Source of the DNA: an uncultured bacterium
GTDB taxonomy: Bacteria > Spirochaetota > JAHITG01
Direction of reading: 5' to 3'
Length of the DNA: 64,000 nucleotides
NCBI GenBank assembly: GCA_965373035.1
Contig: CBDVEP010000001.1
Span: forward strand, 272 to 64,271
In this document: positions 1 to 9,210 of the stretch, in pieces
Numbering within the stretch: the stretch's first letter is position 1
How the letters are laid out: each line of letters starts with the position of its first letter
Program-made: the position numbers and the translations under genes
The notes under the pieces: model-generated
The model's database searches: none
What the model was told of the DNA's origin: nothing
The model's input: the letters and a program-made list of their open reading frames with translations, nothing else

Positions 1-868
1 CAGTATTACACCTGTAGATCCAATTAGAAGATATATATGGGAAGTAAACCAATATCCACTTTTATCCAAAGAAGAAGAGGAGGATTTAATAAGACGGTAC
101 AGGGAAAACCATGATGTTGAGGCAGCAAAAAAAATATTAATGGCTCATTTAAGGCTTGTGGTTAGAATATCTTTTGAATATTATAATCAGTATTATGTCA
201 GTTTATTTGACTTAATTCAGGAAGGGAACCTTGGCATTATAATGGCTGTAAAAAAGTTTGATCCTGCTAAAAAGGCGAGATTTTCCACTTATGCTCAATG
301 GTGGATTAAAGCTTATATTTTAAAATATTTAATGGATAATTACAGTATTATCCGTATAGGGCACTCAAGGGCTGAAAAACGTCTTTTTTATTCATTGAAA
401 AAGGCAAAAGAAAAGTTAGTTGAATCTGGTTATGACCCGGATAATACAAAAAAACTTGCTGAATTCATGAATGAAGATGAAAGAGATGTTATTGAAATGA
501 GTAAAAGATTAAGCCATGGAGTAGTTTCATTAGATCAGCCTTTAAGCCATGACAGCAGTAATAATATTGCCAGCATGGTTGAAGCAAAATCAGTTAATTT
601 AGAAAAAGAAGTAATTGAAAAAGATTTAAATGAAAAGCTTAAAGGTAAATTTAAAGAATTCAGCAGAGATTTAAATGAAAAAGAAAAAGTTATATGGGAA
701 AAACGATTGTTGTCAGAGTCCCCATGGAGCCTGCAGAAAATAGGCGATATGTTTAATATTTCACGTGAGCGTGTTCGTCAAATTGAAGAGAGGTTAACTA
801 AAAGATTAAAAGAATTTCTTTCCAGGCAAAAAGATTTTAAAGCAGAGGATTTTTTATTATATGAGTAA
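1..868 (+). CDS. RNA polymerase sigma factor, sigma-70 family (RpoH/sigma-32-like); 5' end lies outside the window
   Basis: The reading frame is open from base 2 (..YIWEVNQYPLLSKEEEEDLIRRY..). It has the region 2 motif DLIQEGNLGIIMAVKKFDP, an RpoH-box-like EKRLFYSLKK and a region 4 HTH (ISRERVRQIEERL). Confidence 0.65.
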   Translation, partial: SITPVDPIRRYIWEVNQYPLLSKEEEEDLIRRYRENHDVEAAKKILMAHLRLVVRISFEYYNQYYVSLFDLIQEGNLGIIMAVKKFDPAKKARFSTYAQWWIKAYILKYLMDNYSIIRIGHSRAEKRLFYSLKKAKEKLVESGYDPDNTKKLAEFMNEDERDVIEMSKRLSHGVVSLDQPLSHDSSNNIASMVEAKSVNLEKEVIEKDLNEKLKGKFKEFSRDLNEKEKVIWEKRLLSESPWSLQKIGDMFNISRERVRQIEERLTKRLKEFLSRQKDFKAEDFLLYE

Positions 869-1826
869 AGTTTTTCAGTTAAAAAAAATATTAAAAAATG
901 AAAGCTTTGTTTTTATTCAGCCGCATAATTTTCCTGATCCGGATGCTGCAGCATCTGCATTTGGTCTTCAATTTATACTTAAGCAGTTTAATATTAAGAG
1001 TAAGATTATTTATTCAGGATTTATTACAAATAAAACTGTAAATGATATGGTAGAGAAATTAAAAATTAAAATTTATCATATCACTCAGGTTTCTATAAAG
1101 CCTACTTCTAAAATACTTGTTGTAGATACAAAAATCGGAGTGAGTAATATTACATTTTTAAAAGCCCAATATATTGGCTTTATTGATCATCATGAGGGCA
1201 ACTTCAATAAAAAAAATTCAGCAGAGTTTTATGACCTTCAGCCTAAAACCGGAGCTTGTTCTACAATTATTGGAGATTATATTTTAAATTTAGGATTAAA
1301 AAAGATTCCCCGTAATGTTGCAACAGCCCTTTTAATAGGTATTTATATTGATACTTTTAGATTGATGAGAAAGACAACTCAGCTTGATGTTGAAATAGTT
1401 GATAAATTATATCCTTTTGTAGATGTTAAATTTTTAAATTTTGTAGCATTAAATATTATTGAATTGGATGATTTAAAAAATTTTAGTTTAAGTATTAAAA
1501 ATTTAAAATTAATAAAAGATATAGGTATTGTAAAAGTAATGAAATTAAGATCAGGTCATTTTTTAGGTATTGTTTGTGATTTTTTTATTCAATTAAGAGA
1601 ATTGACTTTAATTATTGGATATTATCCTAAGCAAAAAAATATTTCTATATCCATCAGAAGCGAGAAGCCTGAATACAGTGCCTTGAAAATTATAAATGAA
1701 ATTACACATAATATAGGGGTTGGCGGAGGGCATTCAACCATGGCAGCAGGAGTAGTAGATTTAAATCTTGTCTGTAAAAATTTTAATTTTGAGAAACATT
1801 TACTTAATATTATACAAACCTTATAG
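861..1826 (+). CDS. DHH-family phosphoesterase (NrnA-like oligoribonuclease / pAp phosphatase)
   Basis: DHH motif (FIDHHE) and DHHA1 GGGH motif near the C-terminus. ATGA overlap with the upstream sigma gene. Confidence 0.6.
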   Translation: MSKVFQLKKILKNESFVFIQPHNFPDPDAAASAFGLQFILKQFNIKSKIIYSGFITNKTVNDMVEKLKIKIYHITQVSIKPTSKILVVDTKIGVSNITFLKAQYIGFIDHHEGNFNKKNSAEFYDLQPKTGACSTIIGDYILNLGLKKIPRNVATALLIGIYIDTFRLMRKTTQLDVEIVDKLYPFVDVKFLNFVALNIIELDDLKNFSLSIKNLKLIKDIGIVKVMKLRSGHFLGIVCDFFIQLRELTLIIGYYPKQKNISISIRSEKPEYSALKIINEITHNIGVGGGHSTMAAGVVDLNLVCKNFNFEKHLLNIIQTL

Positions 1827-2210
1827 TGCCAGGTACTTATTTCTTACTATTTAACTGTACTATATGATTGAAACTATTGAATTAATTATTTTTTTTAATT
1901 CATTATTATTTTTTATTTTTTGCTTTATTTTAAATAATCGTTGAGATACTGCATTCGGATTTTTTATTTGTAATTTTTTGGCTATATCTATATTTGACAT
2001 TTGACTATATTGATTTAAAAAAAATAGTAGAAACCAAGTCTTTATTTTTTACTTTAGAAACTTAATAATAATCTTTAAAAAAAGCGCCTGATATTTCAGG
2101 TTGCTGCTTATTACTAAATTAAGATTTCTTTATAACATTAATGCAGAAAGAGATTTCAACCCCATTTTGACTCAATTAAACGAGCCTAAAGGCTCTTGCT
2201 TCATTCTTTT

Positions 2211-2720
2211 TTATTTAGTTACTTTTTTATTCAAACCAGGATAAAAATGCATAATTCTGGGAGTGTTTAATATCTCTTTCATAATAATAGCATGTTTTAA
2301 CTCATCTATACTGAAAATCAGTCCTGCTTCAATGTCCTTTTCTTCAGCCTCTTCAACTCTGTTCTTTTTTATTTCCTTGCCATAATCTATCCTCTTTATG
2401 CTTTTCAACTCCAGACTTTTACGCTCAATAACTGTTTCCTCTAAACTTCTCTTTTCCAAACTATCTCCCTCAAGTGTTTTTCCTTCAAGGCTTTCTTTTT
2501 CTAAACTTGATCCTTCTAATGATATACTTTCCCTTAAACCCTGGGTCGATGACTTATCTACTTTATAATCATCTGTCTCGTCTTCTCCATTATGCTCTTT
2601 CACTTCATCTGTATCCAGCCAATAATCATCATGATTTGTTTCTTCAGAAGAGGATACTCCCTTAAAAACATAACGGATGATTAAATATGCTATTAATCCA
2701 AAAATAAGTAAATAATACAT
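2211..2720 (-). CDS. Small membrane-anchored protein with an acidic, repetitive SLE(K/G) tail (YqfB-like position downstream of floA)
   Basis: N-terminal TM helix MYYLLIFGLIAYLIIRYVF. Repeated SLEGSSLEKESLEGKTLEGDSLEKRSLEE is visible as tandem DNA repeats at about 2400-2530. Confidence 0.4.
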   Translation of the reverse strand: MYYLLIFGLIAYLIIRYVFKGVSSSEETNHDDYWLDTDEVKEHNGEDETDDYKVDKSSTQGLRESISLEGSSLEKESLEGKTLEGDSLEKRSLEETVIERKSLELKSIKRIDYGKEIKKNRVEEAEEKDIEAGLIFSIDELKHAIIMKEILNTPRIMHFYPGLNKKVTK

Positions 2721-2820
2721 AGTTGTTTCCTTTTTTTTACAGGTTACACCTGAATTAACTTTTAGAGGCTTATGTATATAAGGTTATCCCAAATGTAATA
2801 AGCCTCTAAATGTTTTAATT

Positions 2821-3813
2821 TTATGTAGATTTTTTCTTTCCTTTTCCGGAAATAGAATCCCTCATTTGTGTATCAGCTGCAATATTTTTCATTCCATAAT
2901 AATCCATCACACCCAGATTTCCATCCCGAAATGCTTTTGCCATTGCTTTTGGAACTTCTGCCTCTGCTTCCACAACCTTTGCTCTCATCTCCTCTACTCT
3001 GGCTCTCATCTCCTGTTCACGTGCAATAGCCATGGCTCTCCTTTCTTCTGCTTTAGCCTGAGCAATTTTTTTATCTGCTTCTGCCTGGTCTGTCTGCAGT
3101 TGTGCTCCGATATTCCGTCCAACATCCACATCCGCTATATCAATTGAGAGGATATCATAAGCTGTACCGCTGTCAAGCCCTTTCTCAAGTACTGTTCTTG
3201 ATATCAAATCCGGATTTTCCAGGACCTCCTTATGGTTTTTTGCTGAACCTATAGTAGAGACAATACCTTCTCCTACCCTTGCAAGGATAGTCTCCTCCCC
3301 TGCTCCGCCGACTAACCGCTCAATGTTTGCCCTGAGTGTTACACGGGATAAAGCTGTAAGCTGAATACCGTCCCTTGCAACTGCTGAGACCTTTTTTGTC
3401 TCAATTACCTTTGGATTAACACTCACCCTGACAGCATCTAGAACATCACGACCTGCAAGGTCAATTGCAGTAGCACGTCTGAAGTCTATCGCTATATTTG
3501 CCTTATCCGCGGATATCAAAGCATTAACCACTGTTAATACATTGCCGCCAGCCAAAAAATGCGCTTCCATCTCATTAATATTCAAAGTAAGTCCTGCTTT
3601 TGTAGCACTTATCAATGGCCGTATAATAGAATGAGGAGAAACTTTCCTCAGCCGCATTCCAATCAAGGTGAAGATACTAATCCTGACACCTGAGAAAAAA
3701 GCAGTAATCCAGAGTCCAACCGGTATCATATAAAAGAAAAAAATCAAAAATGATAATGCTGCTACAATTATTATAAAAATCACTGTACCTGTAAATTCCA
3801 TAAAAACCTCCAT
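2821..3813 (-). CDS. floA: Flotillin-like protein FloA (YqfA/UPF0365)
   Basis: Near full-length similarity to B. subtilis YqfA (..[11 protein letters not shown].., ..[27 protein letters not shown].., [12 protein letters not shown]..). Confidence 0.85.
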   Translation of the reverse strand: MEVFMEFTGTVIFIIIVAALSFLIFFFYMIPVGLWITAFFSGVRISIFTLIGMRLRKVSPHSIIRPLISATKAGLTLNINEMEAHFLAGGNVLTVVNALISADKANIAIDFRRATAIDLAGRDVLDAVRVSVNPKVIETKKVSAVARDGIQLTALSRVTLRANIERLVGGAGEETILARVGEGIVSTIGSAKNHKEVLENPDLISRTVLEKGLDSGTAYDILSIDIADVDVGRNIGAQLQTDQAEADKKIAQAKAEERRAMAIAREQEMRARVEEMRAKVVEAEAEVPKAMAKAFRDGNLGVMDYYGMKNIAADTQMRDSISGKGKKKST

Positions 3814-5153
3814 TATTTTAATTTGTTAATTTTTTTAACCACAACACGGTTGCCCTCAACTTTTAAAACTTTAATCTTTTCACCTTTTTTAATAAAATCA
3901 CCATCAGACATAACATCAACTAATTGTCCTTCTATCTCTGCTTTGCCAGCAGGTCGAAGTGGAGTAATAACTTCTCCCTTGCTTCCTTCCAGATTTTTAA
4001 TTTTTTTTGAAGAAGCATGAAAACCATTTTTTTTTACCTCACTGAACTGTAGAATAAGGCGATTAAAAATAGTACTCTTAGGTAAAAATTTAGCCATAAA
4101 ATAAATACCAACTGCACAAGCAACTATAACTGAAAAAATGGAATATAAAGCTGTGGTAAAATTTGAAAAAGACATAAAAAAACTTACTGCTATGGCAGCA
4201 ATTCCCGACATGCCCACTATTCCAAAGCCCGGGACAATAAAAATTTCAACACATAAAAGAATAATCCCCACAATAAATAAAACCACAGCTCCCCAGCTTG
4301 CATATCCAGCCATTATCTGTGATATAAAAAAAAGGGACAAGCATAAAATTCCAACTGTTCCCCCAACTCCCCATCCTGCTGTTTTTACTTCAAAGATTAA
4401 TCCTAAGACCCCAAGGGTCATTAATATCCCACTCACAAGTGGGTGCGTTAAAAAAGAAACAGCCCTATCCCATGAGGTTGGTAAAGCCTGTATAACAACA
4501 GCTTTTTCCAATTTTAAAATTTTCAATATATCATTTAATTCTTCTGCCTTATAATCAGCAATCATTAAATTTAAAGCTTCCCTGGTAGTTAAAGTCAATA
4601 ATTTCCCTTTTGCAAGGGCAATTCCATCCTGCTTTTTATACAGTCTAATATCAGGATCAACCATTGCTTCTACGACTTTTAATGGCCTGCCATATTTTTC
4701 AGCACAGGTTCTCATTTGAGCCCTCATAACAGAAATCATTTTTTCTGAAGCTGTTTCTGTTTTTCCATTCTTCATGTAAACCGGGGTGGATGCACCAATA
4801 ACTCCTGCCGATGCCATAAATATCTTTTCTGCGGAAAGAGAAATCAATGCTCCTGCGGAAATAGCATTCTTATTAATAAAAACAACTGTTTTTAACCTGG
4901 TACTCAGCAAGGCATCTGTTATCCTTAAAGCAGCATCAACTCTTCCACCTGGTGTATTTAGTTCAATTATCAGGGCAGATGCACCTTCATTTTCAGCCTT
5001 TTTTATTGTGCGCTTAATAAAATTAGCAAAGGGAAGGTCCACCATCTCAGTAATATCAGTTTTAGGAATAAAATAAACCTTTTCCGCGTTTAATGGATAA
5101 GTTAAAAAAAATACTATTATCAATATAAAAATTTTAATATAAATACTTTTCAT
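3813..5153 (-). CDS. nfeD: NfeD-family membrane-bound ClpP-class serine protease (YqeZ-like)
   Basis: Signal peptide, ClpP-like domain ([17 protein letters not shown]), C-terminal TM segments and OB fold. Sits upstream of floA and overlaps it by one base, the canonical nfeD-floA operon. Confidence 0.8.
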   Translation of the reverse strand: MKSIYIKIFILIIVFFLTYPLNAEKVYFIPKTDITEMVDLPFANFIKRTIKKAENEGASALIIELNTPGGRVDAALRITDALLSTRLKTVVFINKNAISAGALISLSAEKIFMASAGVIGASTPVYMKNGKTETASEKMISVMRAQMRTCAEKYGRPLKVVEAMVDPDIRLYKKQDGIALAKGKLLTLTTREALNLMIADYKAEELNDILKILKLEKAVVIQALPTSWDRAVSFLTHPLVSGILMTLGVLGLIFEVKTAGWGVGGTVGILCLSLFFISQIMAGYASWGAVVLFIVGIILLCVEIFIVPGFGIVGMSGIAAIAVSFFMSFSNFTTALYSIFSVIVACAVGIYFMAKFLPKSTIFNRLILQFSEVKKNGFHASSKKIKNLEGSKGEVITPLRPAGKAEIEGQLVDVMSDGDFIKKGEKIKVLKVEGNRVVVKKINKLK

Positions 5154-5261
5154 AATATTATTATTTAAAATTTACTTATTTGTTTTATTATACCATATAA
5201 AAAATAATAAGTCATTTTTTTTTAGTTTCTTAATCATCATCTCTTATATAAACACAACTGT

Positions 5262-5393
5262 AGGGAGGGTTTAAACCCTCCCCTACATACAAAAAATACA
5301 GATTTAATGAATTAAAGTTTAATTTTTTCAGAGTTTCTAAGTTATCACCTCTTATGTAATCACAAAAGTAGGGGAGACTTTAGTCTTCCCTAC
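5262..5393. repeat. Two palindromic hairpin repeats of the CACA..GTAGGG-[stem-loop]-CCCTAC family (5262-5293 and 5366-5393)
   Basis: GTAGGGAGGG-TTTAAA-CCCTCCCCTAC and GTAGGGGAGAC-TTTA-GTCTTCCCTAC, downstream of hydF. The same terminal motif appears in the core of the MITE at 8984-9039. Confidence 0.55.
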
Positions 5394-5434
5394 TTTATTG
5401 CTTAAAAAAGATGGTAACCGACCCATTACTGTAA

Positions 5435-6682
5435 CTATTTTTCTACTTTATTTCTTTTTAAAACATCAAGTGCTGCCGGGAAAGGTGATAATACTTTTTC
5501 CAGCACACCATGCAGCATAGAAATACATACACCATAATTAGTAATAGGAACCTCATGCTCTCTTGCCTTTTGTATTCGCGACAGCATCTGCCTGCGATTC
5601 AGCATACAGCCTCCGCAGTGGATAATCAATTTATACTCTCCTAAATTATCAGGATAATCTTTACCTGCATATACCTTAATATCCAAATCAGTCCCTACAT
5701 ACTGCTTTAACCATCGTGGAATTTTTACCCTCCCAATATCATCTTCCAGAGCATGATGAGAACATGCTTCCGCAATCAGGATTTTATCATCAGGTTTAAG
5801 ATTATTAATCTGAGCAGCTCCCTTAACTGCCTCAATTAAATCACCTTTATACCTTGAAAAAAGAATGGAGAAAGTTGTACATTTTATATTAACAGGAGTA
5901 TCAGCAACCATTTTTAAAACAACTTGTGAGTCACAAACTACTATGGCAGGAGCATTTTTTAAATTATTAAGTAAGACAGGATATTCCCGCTCTTTTACTA
6001 TTAAAGCAGAAGCATCATTATCCAAAGCATCGCGTATTGTTTGTACCTGCGGCAGTATCAATCTTCCTTTTGGTGCTTCCATATCAATAGGCACTATTAA
6101 TATGCAGCTGCTTCCTGAAGGTAATAAATCACCAATCAAAGGAGGCGGTGATAGAAAATCATCGGGGCAAACTTCAATGAGATATTTTTTTAAGGTACTG
6201 ACATAAAAATTTCTTTTATCCTTATCAACACTACAGCAGAGAAAAAACCTTTTTGTCTTTTTTTTAATTTTTTTTAAAAAAGTTTTTGAAGGAATTTTTA
6301 AATCAATTTTATTAATCACAATAATTAAGGGGATTTTTCGATGCTTTGCTTCTAATACAATATCTTCTTCATAATGGTTCCAGATACCAGATTCTGCAAG
6401 CAGTATCATAATATCTGCCTGGTCAAATACTTTTTTTGTTTTTTTTATTCTTTGAGCAGCAAGAGCAGATTTATCAGATAACCCTGCAGTATCCAGAAAA
6501 AGCACAGGACCTAATGGTAAAAGCTCCATTGTCTTTTCCACTATATCTGTAGTTGTTCCGGCAACAGAAGATGTTATAGCCACATCCTGCCCGGCAATCA
6601 TATTTAAAAAACTTGATTTTCCTGCATTAGTCCTGCCAAATAAAGCAATATGTAATCTTAATGATTTAGGTGTTTTTTTCAT
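5435..6682 (-). CDS. hydF: [FeFe]-hydrogenase maturation GTPase HydF
   Basis: N-terminal GTPase (GRTNAGKSS, DTAGL, NKID). C-terminal Fe-S motif CSHH...HCGGC typical of HydF. Confidence 0.75.
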   Translation of the reverse strand: MKKTPKSLRLHIALFGRTNAGKSSFLNMIAGQDVAITSSVAGTTTDIVEKTMELLPLGPVLFLDTAGLSDKSALAAQRIKKTKKVFDQADIMILLAESGIWNHYEEDIVLEAKHRKIPLIIVINKIDLKIPSKTFLKKIKKKTKRFFLCCSVDKDKRNFYVSTLKKYLIEVCPDDFLSPPPLIGDLLPSGSSCILIVPIDMEAPKGRLILPQVQTIRDALDNDASALIVKEREYPVLLNNLKNAPAIVVCDSQVVLKMVADTPVNIKCTTFSILFSRYKGDLIEAVKGAAQINNLKPDDKILIAEACSHHALEDDIGRVKIPRWLKQYVGTDLDIKVYAGKDYPDNLGEYKLIIHCGGCMLNRRQMLSRIQKAREHEVPITNYGVCISMLHGVLEKVLSPFPAALDVLKRNKVEK

Positions 6683-6738
6683 TATCCCTATATCCTTCTT
6701 AATTTATAATCAGTAAAAAAAATTCCCAAATCTATTCT

Positions 6739-7509
6739 TTAATCTGAATCACCGCTGATTAAATTACCTAAAAGAGACCCTCCTAATCCTGCTATTCCTC
6801 TTTGTTCCCCTTTATTTTGATAACGGGATGCAGCAAAAATCCGATCTGCTAATCTGGAAAAAGGAAGACTTTGTAAGTATATCAGTCCAGGACCTGTTAG
6901 CTTAGCCAGAAAGAGCCCTTCTCCACCAAACAATGCATTTTTAAAGCCTCCTATAAACTGGATATCATAACTAACATCAGGATGAAAAGCAACTAAACAT
7001 CCTGTATCTACACGGAGAACTTCATTTTCTTGTAATTCCTTTTTAATGATAGTTCCGCCAGCATGAACAAATGCCATTCCGTCTCCTGTCAAACGCTGTA
7101 AAATAAAACCTTCCCCGCCAAAAATGCCTGCTCCAATTTTTTTAGTAAAAGCAACCTCAATTTCAATTCCCTGAGCAGCACATAAAAAAGCATCTTTTTG
7201 ACATAAAAACTGACCTCCCATGTTATCCAGTTCCAAAGGAATAATCTTTCCTGGATAAGGAGCACCAAAAGCTACATGAGTTTTCTCATTGCTTTTATTT
7301 AAAAAGGTGGTTATAAAAAAACTTTCACCTGTTATCATTCTTTTAAACCCTTTAAATAATCCACCTCCAGTTGATGTCTGCATTTCAATACCCTGCTCCA
7401 TGTACATCATAGCCCCTACCTCTGCTCTTACTCCTTCTTCAGGATCAAGCTCAATCTCAATTAACTGCATATCATCTCCATAAATTTTATAATCAATTAT
7501 ATCTGCCAT
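6739..7509 (-). CDS. AIM24/TIGR00266-family protein (DUF124)
   Basis: Pattern MADIIDYKI..MQLIEIELDPEEGVRAEVGAMMYM characteristic of TIGR00266. Confidence 0.6.
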   Translation of the reverse strand: MADIIDYKIYGDDMQLIEIELDPEEGVRAEVGAMMYMEQGIEMQTSTGGGLFKGFKRMITGESFFITTFLNKSNEKTHVAFGAPYPGKIIPLELDNMGGQFLCQKDAFLCAAQGIEIEVAFTKKIGAGIFGGEGFILQRLTGDGMAFVHAGGTIIKKELQENEVLRVDTGCLVAFHPDVSYDIQFIGGFKNALFGGEGLFLAKLTGPGLIYLQSLPFSRLADRIFAASRYQNKGEQRGIAGLGGSLLGNLISGDSD

Positions 7510-7608
7510 TACACATCCTCCTTTTAAATATTAGACTGTGATTTAATTAAAGACTGTACCAAAAACATATAAATGAACTTTTCAGACAGCCCCTGCCTTT
7601 TCATTCCT

Positions 7609-8103
7609 TTATAATTCAATGTTGAATTGTTTAACTTTTAAAATTTTCAATATTCGATAAAGTGATTCAATAGTAATATTAGTTTTGCCCTGTTCAATTC
7701 TTGAAATATCTGATTGCTTAAATCCTGTTCGTTTTGCTAAGTCTATCTGAGTCATGTCTTTTTCAATCCTTGCTTTTTTTATTTTCTTCCCTATATCTAT
7801 CAAAAGTTGGATAGGTTTATCAATAGGTTGCTTTTTAATTAATTGTTCATAAATTGTTTCCCACCATGCAAGGAAAGTAGTTGCATGTGCAGTTTTATTC
7901 CAATATTTTTTAATCTTTGGCCATGAATTAATAAATTTTTCCTTATCTATAACTGAAAAAACTTCTTCTGGTCTATCACAATGAGAAAGTAATGTAACAA
8001 TTCTTGTTAAAAATTTAGGATGTTCAGGGTCTGGCAAAATATAATTTACTGTTTCTATTTGCGCCTGCTTATTTAAATCCCAAAAATATTTCTTTAAACT
8101 CAT
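7609..8103 (-). CDS. HTH_XRE-domain protein (putative antitoxin/regulator partner of the upstream nucleotidyltransferase)
   Basis: C-terminal XRE helix-turn-helix (DMTQIDLAKRTGFKQSDISRIEQGKTNITIESLYRILKIL). 4-nt overlap with the upstream gene. Confidence 0.55.
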   Translation of the reverse strand: MSLKKYFWDLNKQAQIETVNYILPDPEHPKFLTRIVTLLSHCDRPEEVFSVIDKEKFINSWPKIKKYWNKTAHATTFLAWWETIYEQLIKKQPIDKPIQLLIDIGKKIKKARIEKDMTQIDLAKRTGFKQSDISRIEQGKTNITIESLYRILKILKVKQFNIEL

Positions 8104-8807
8104 GATATAACACTCTCCATGAATTTTTTTATTTCATCATCTAAATATTTAATCATTATCGAAGAATCAAATTTTTTATCATATATATCAAAATCTAATA
8201 TGTTTATTTTAAGCTCCTGCCTGGAATAACTTCTATACCAGTAAATTATTCCTCTCTGTTGTTCTCTGGGCATCTTTTTTAAAAATTGATGAATAGGTAT
8301 ATAATTTTTAGATAAATAGTAAATATCAATTATATCTTTTCCCTCATTACGTCTTGTTATTTTTTCCCTTCCGATATTATCTATTTTCAAACGAGTACCT
8401 GCAATAGCCATAATTTTCTGGTAATAAATATGTTCAATATCATAGACTGCAACCTTATTAAATATATTTATAGTAGGATCACGAAAAAACACATCTTCAA
8501 TAAAATCAATTTTAAAAGTTAAATCTTTTTCAATTTCTGTTATATAAAATTTAACTTTTGCTCTGTTATTAGTAGTAAATTCATTTTCTAATTTTAATTC
8601 ATTATTTGTGACTTTTTCAAATTTAGTAACCAGATTACTAATCTCATTTTCATTATATTCATGACTAAAAAAATCAAGATCTCTTGAAAATCTATGGTGC
8701 AAATAATAAAGATCTAATGCTGTTCCACCTGCAAGTGCAAAACTATTATTATGTAAAGAAAAAACATTTAAAATATCTAATTGCAATTTTTTAATTTTTT
8801 TTTTCAT
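8100..8807 (-). CDS. Nucleotidyltransferase, AbiEii/DUF1814-like toxin family
   Basis: N-terminal LAGGTALDLYYLHHRFSRDLDFF motif typical of AbiEii-type nucleotidyltransferases. Confidence 0.5.
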   Translation of the reverse strand: MKKKIKKLQLDILNVFSLHNNSFALAGGTALDLYYLHHRFSRDLDFFSHEYNENEISNLVTKFEKVTNNELKLENEFTTNNRAKVKFYITEIEKDLTFKIDFIEDVFFRDPTINIFNKVAVYDIEHIYYQKIMAIAGTRLKIDNIGREKITRRNEGKDIIDIYYLSKNYIPIHQFLKKMPREQQRGIIYWYRSYSRQELKINILDFDIYDKKFDSSIMIKYLDDEIKKFMESVIS

Positions 8808-8949
8808 ATATTTTCAAAAATTATTATTTTAGTAAAAGTTCAAATATTATAGGTTCTAACCTATTTTTATTATAGCCTATAACCTATATTAATACATTTT
8901 TTTTCTTTTGTCAAGCTTTTTAAAAATAGATAGGGGAATATTAGACTCT

Positions 8950-9083
8950 AATTCCAGTAATGCGTAAATTACACTCACATTTTGTAGGGCGGGGATTTAT
9001 TCCCCGCCAAAAAAGGCGGTATATAAAATACCGCCCTACCATATTCCATAAAAAGAGGTGATAACTGACGCATTACTAATTCC
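8950..9083. mobile_element. MITE-like element: 6-bp direct repeat AATTCC flanking 10-bp terminal inverted repeats (AGTAATGCGT / ACGCATTACT) and a GC-rich hairpin core
   Basis: TSD at 8950-8955 and 9078-9083. TIRs at 8956-8965 and 9068-9077. Interior carries nested stem-loops (GTAGGGCGG..CCGCCCTAC, CGGGG-ATTTAT-CCCCG, GGCGGTA-TATAAAA-TACCGCC). Confidence 0.5.
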
Positions 9084-9095
9084 AAAACTTAAATA

Positions 9096-9130
9096 TTGAC
9101 ATTACATATAAATAATATATAATAATTATT
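9096..9130 (+). promoter_or_regulatory. Sigma-70-type promoter for the HDOD response-regulator gene
   Basis: TTGACA at 9096-9101, about a 16-17 nt spacer, then a TATAAT-like element. A strong SD (AAAGGAGGGGG) precedes the ATG at 9211. Confidence 0.4.
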
Positions 9131-9210
9131 ATTAAAATATCTTAATTTATAAGGGACTGTTAAGATATATTTTAACTGGAAGAAAATACTATTATAAAAA
9201 AGGAGGGGGT

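Noticed and set aside
2474-4554. Antisense ORFs inside floA/nfeD (2474..2665, 2866..3147, 3823..4020, 4138..4554) and similar shadow ORFs throughout the track
   Set aside because: They lie entirely within well-supported genes on the opposite strand, have low-complexity composition and no RBS. Treated as spurious.
8984-9039. GC-rich island considered as a tRNA or other canonical RNA gene
   Set aside because: No tRNA cloverleaf features (no GTTC T-arm, no acceptor/anticodon geometry). It forms simple nested hairpins and is bounded by TIR/TSD, which fits a MITE core.
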